A DNA stretch of 43,995 bases, taken from assembly GCA_044870185.1 (NCBI GenBank), contig JBIOYL010000098.1, positions 1-43,995 of the forward strand, read 5' to 3'. Positions within the stretch are counted from its first letter, which is position 1, and each line of letters opens with the position of its first letter. Shown here one piece after another: positions 41,851 to 43,995 of this stretch. A program made the position numbers and the translations under genes. Source of the stretch: Actinomycetes bacterium (GTDB taxonomy: Bacteria > Actinomycetota > CALGFH01). The notes under the pieces were generated by a model. The model made no database searches. It saw only the letters and a program-made list of their open reading frames with translations, and was not told where the DNA came from.

Positions 41851-42309
41851 TCAGGGCGCCAGCGCCCGCGCGGCGACCTCCTCGAGGCCGTCGGCCACGG
41901 CCTGCCAGCGATCGGAGCCAGACCCCGCCACGATGCGTGCCTGCGCACGCTGCCACAGCGGGTACGCCCGGCTGATCGCCTCGCGCCCCTGGCCCGTCAA
42001 CCGGACCACCCTCATCCGCCGGTCGGCACCGGCCGCGATCTCGACCAGGCCTCGACCGGTCAGGGGCTTGAGGTCGCGGGCCAGGGTGGTGCGGTCCAGC
42101 GCGAGCGCATCGGCCAGCCGCGTGATCGGCACCGGCTCGCTCATGGCGACCGCGACCAGCAGCGTGAACTGCGTGATCCGCAGCCCGCTCGGCCGCAGGG
42201 TCTCGTCGTAGAGCTGTGTCACGGCCCGGGCGGTTCGCCGCAGGTTCCTGCAGGCGCAGCCGACCGCAACCTCGGCAAGCTCCGAACGTCCAGGCATTCG
42301 CCGTTCCAT
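41851..42309 (-). CDS. MarR-family transcriptional regulator
   Basis: 'LRPSGLRITQFTLLVAVAMSEPVPITRLADALALDRTTLARDLKPLTGRGLVE' winged HTH. The start is chosen at the internal Met, and the longer 164-aa start is also possible. Confidence 0.8.
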   Translation of the reverse strand: MERRMPGRSELAEVAVGCACRNLRRTARAVTQLYDETLRPSGLRITQFTLLVAVAMSEPVPITRLADALALDRTTLARDLKPLTGRGLVEIAAGADRRMRVVRLTGQGREAISRAYPLWQRAQARIVAGSGSDRWQAVADGLEEVAARALAP

Positions 42310-42622
42310 GCGGAGAGTGTATATACACCTAGTACGCCTCGTCAACCACCGAGTCCATCCACGCCAGGCGATCGCCGAGGTGAACTGCGCTGGGGCTGAG
42401 CAGCTGCCGGACGGTCACCCATGCCGCCGTCGGCGGGGCGAAGCGAGGCGAACCGCGCCGGAGGTGGCAACCGGCAGCGCTCGCCCCCATCCTGAGAGGC
42501 GACCGTGGGGAACCTGCTCGAAGTACCGCTCAAGCCGGCCGGGGAGATCTTCGGCGGCGACGCCAGCGACCCGGCCTTCGCCGCGGCCGCCGCCCAGAGC
42601 GCCAAGGTCGCAGGAGACCACC

Positions 42623-43600
42623 ATGAAAGCGATCGTGCAAGACCAATATGGCGGACCCGATGTCCTGGAATTCAGGGACATCGACCAGCCGGTGCCCACG
42701 GACAACGAGGTGCTGATTCGGGTGCACGCGGCCGGTCTGCATCGGGGCGACTGGCATGTCATGACCGGCCTGCCGTACCTGATCCGCATCGTCGTGCCAA
42801 CGCTCGGGCTGCGCAAACCCAAGGTCCCCGTGCGGGGCATGGACGTCGCCGGGCGGGTCGAGGCGGTCGGCAGCAACGTGACCCGGTTCCAGCCGGGTGC
42901 TGCGGTGTTCGGCTGGTGCGACGGCTCCTTCGCCGAGTACGCGAGCGCACCAGAGGACCAGTTCGCGGCCAAGCCGGCCACCCTCAGCTTCGAGCAGGCG
43001 GCGGTCGTCCCCATCTCCGGGTTCGCCGCCCTCCAGGGGCTTCGCGACGAAGGCGAGGTCCAGGCGGGGCAGCAAGTGCTGGTCATCGGGGCGGCGGGCG
43101 GGGTGGGGTCGTTCGCGGTGCAGCTGGCCAAGGCGTTCGGCGCCCAGGTGACCGGGGTGTGCAGCACGACCCAGGTCGACCTGGTCGGCTCGCTCGGCGC
43201 CGACCAGGTGATCGACTACACCCGCGACGACCCCACCGACGGGACCCGCCACTGGGACCTGATCCTCGACACCGCGGGCCGCCGTTCGCTGTCGCAGCTG
43301 CGGCGTGCCCTCACGCCTCGGGGGACGCTGGTCATCGTCGGCGGTGAAGGCGCCGGACGGTGGTTGGGCGGCTTCGATCGCCAGCTACGGGCGGTGGTGC
43401 TGTCACGGTTGGTGGGTCAGCGGCTGCGGATGCTGAGCTCCAAGCCGCGGCAGGAGGACCTGCAGGTCTTGCGGGAGCTCGCCGAGGCCGGCAAGCTCAC
43501 GCCGGTGATCGGCAGAACCTACCCGCTGCGCGAGGTCCCCGAGGCCATGCGGCAGCTGGTCCAGGGCCACGGAGGCGGCAAGGTCGTCATCACCGTGTGA
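42623..43600 (+). CDS. NAD(P)-dependent medium-chain dehydrogenase/reductase (quinone oxidoreductase / zinc-type ADH family)
   Basis: ATG 5 nt after AGGAGA. 'MKAIVQDQYGGPDVLEFRDIDQPVP' and 'VLVIGAAGGVGSFAVQLAKAFGA'. The 105 upstream codons of the listed ORF look non-coding. Confidence 0.85.
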   Translation: MKAIVQDQYGGPDVLEFRDIDQPVPTDNEVLIRVHAAGLHRGDWHVMTGLPYLIRIVVPTLGLRKPKVPVRGMDVAGRVEAVGSNVTRFQPGAAVFGWCDGSFAEYASAPEDQFAAKPATLSFEQAAVVPISGFAALQGLRDEGEVQAGQQVLVIGAAGGVGSFAVQLAKAFGAQVTGVCSTTQVDLVGSLGADQVIDYTRDDPTDGTRHWDLILDTAGRRSLSQLRRALTPRGTLVIVGGEGAGRWLGGFDRQLRAVVLSRLVGQRLRMLSSKPRQEDLQVLRELAEAGKLTPVIGRTYPLREVPEAMRQLVQGHGGGKVVITV

Positions 43601-43722
43601 GCGGACCACCACGCAGCTCACATATACCTCCACAGGAGGCTGCTGGATTCATCCGGCAGCCGAATGTGGTGCAGCCCGCAGGCTGACGGTTTTATTGACG
43701 GTTCCCGTGGTACACTCCGGCT

Positions 43723-43995
43723 ATGAAGCAGACGATCGCCGTCAAGCTCGCCCCGTCCACCAGTCAGGCCAGGTGTTGCTGGCGACGATGGAGCGGTTCA
43801 ATGCCGCCTGCGACGCCATCGCCGAGGTTGCCTTCGAGCGCCGGCTGGCCAACAAGATCGCCCTCCAGAAGCTCGTCTACTACGACATCCGCGAGCGGTT
43901 CGGCCTGTCGGCGCAACTGACCGTCCGCGCCATCGCCAAGGTGGTGGAGGCGTACAAGCGCGACAAACGTATCCGGCCACGGTTCCGCCCGCACG
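43723..43995 (+). pseudogene. tnpB: IS200/IS605-family TnpB (OrfB) 5' end, apparently frameshifted after codon ~16; continues beyond the window
   Basis: 'MKQTIAVKLAPSTSQA' is in one frame. 'VLLATMERFNAACDAIAEVAFERRLANKIALQKLVYYDIRERFGLSAQLTVRAIAKVVEAYKRDKRIRPRFRPH' is in the next frame and open to the window end. One extra C in GCC(C)AG near 43767-43771 would join them. A GTG start at about 43771 is an alternative. Confidence 0.7.

Noticed and set aside
43691-43716. TTGACG ... TACACT as a sigma-70-type promoter for tnpB
   Set aside because: The spacing between the hexamers is only 10 nt. TACACT alone, 6 nt before the ATG, could still mark a leaderless start but is not sufficient evidence.

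Overview
Very high-GC actinobacterial chromosome segment; the XRE/DUF5753 + DUF397 pair and the holin-X/DUF3618 genes fit a Streptosporangiales- or Streptomyces-like organism. The backbone is intact housekeeping genes: metH, an lpdA-like flavoprotein, sdhCDAB, trpS, acnA, mdh, an NAD-type icd, a small citrate synthase, an acyl-CoA mutase large subunit and a standalone LigD polymerase domain. Three accessory or decaying patches interrupt it. (i) 11.3-15.1 kb holds an IS607-like element with a frameshifted serine recombinase, a small SD-preceded ORF, and an atypical TnpB-related frame that has no zinc finger, has His-His where the third RuvC Asp should be, and carries an in-frame TAG. It sits next to a decayed nhaA. 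(ii) 17.1-17.7 kb holds decayed toxin-antitoxin remnants. (iii) 36.9-40.7 kb is a mosaic island: a truncated nucleoside hydrolase, a DDE transposase fragment, a low-GC translationally coupled two-gene cassette with no family I can name, a LuxR-HTH remnant and an intact vapBC. The window ends in a second, canonical tnpB 5' end. The best candidates for undescribed biology are the 38.1-39.5 kb cassette and the IS607-linked TnpB-related gene. Other points worth a second look are four tandem copies of a Shine-Dalgarno-containing 12-mer abutting the icd start codon, a 2H-phosphoesterase/Nudix fusion overlapping the trpS stop, and a small protein with an exact classical C2H2 zinc-finger spacing. All calls come from reading the sequence and remembered family signatures; no searches were run.
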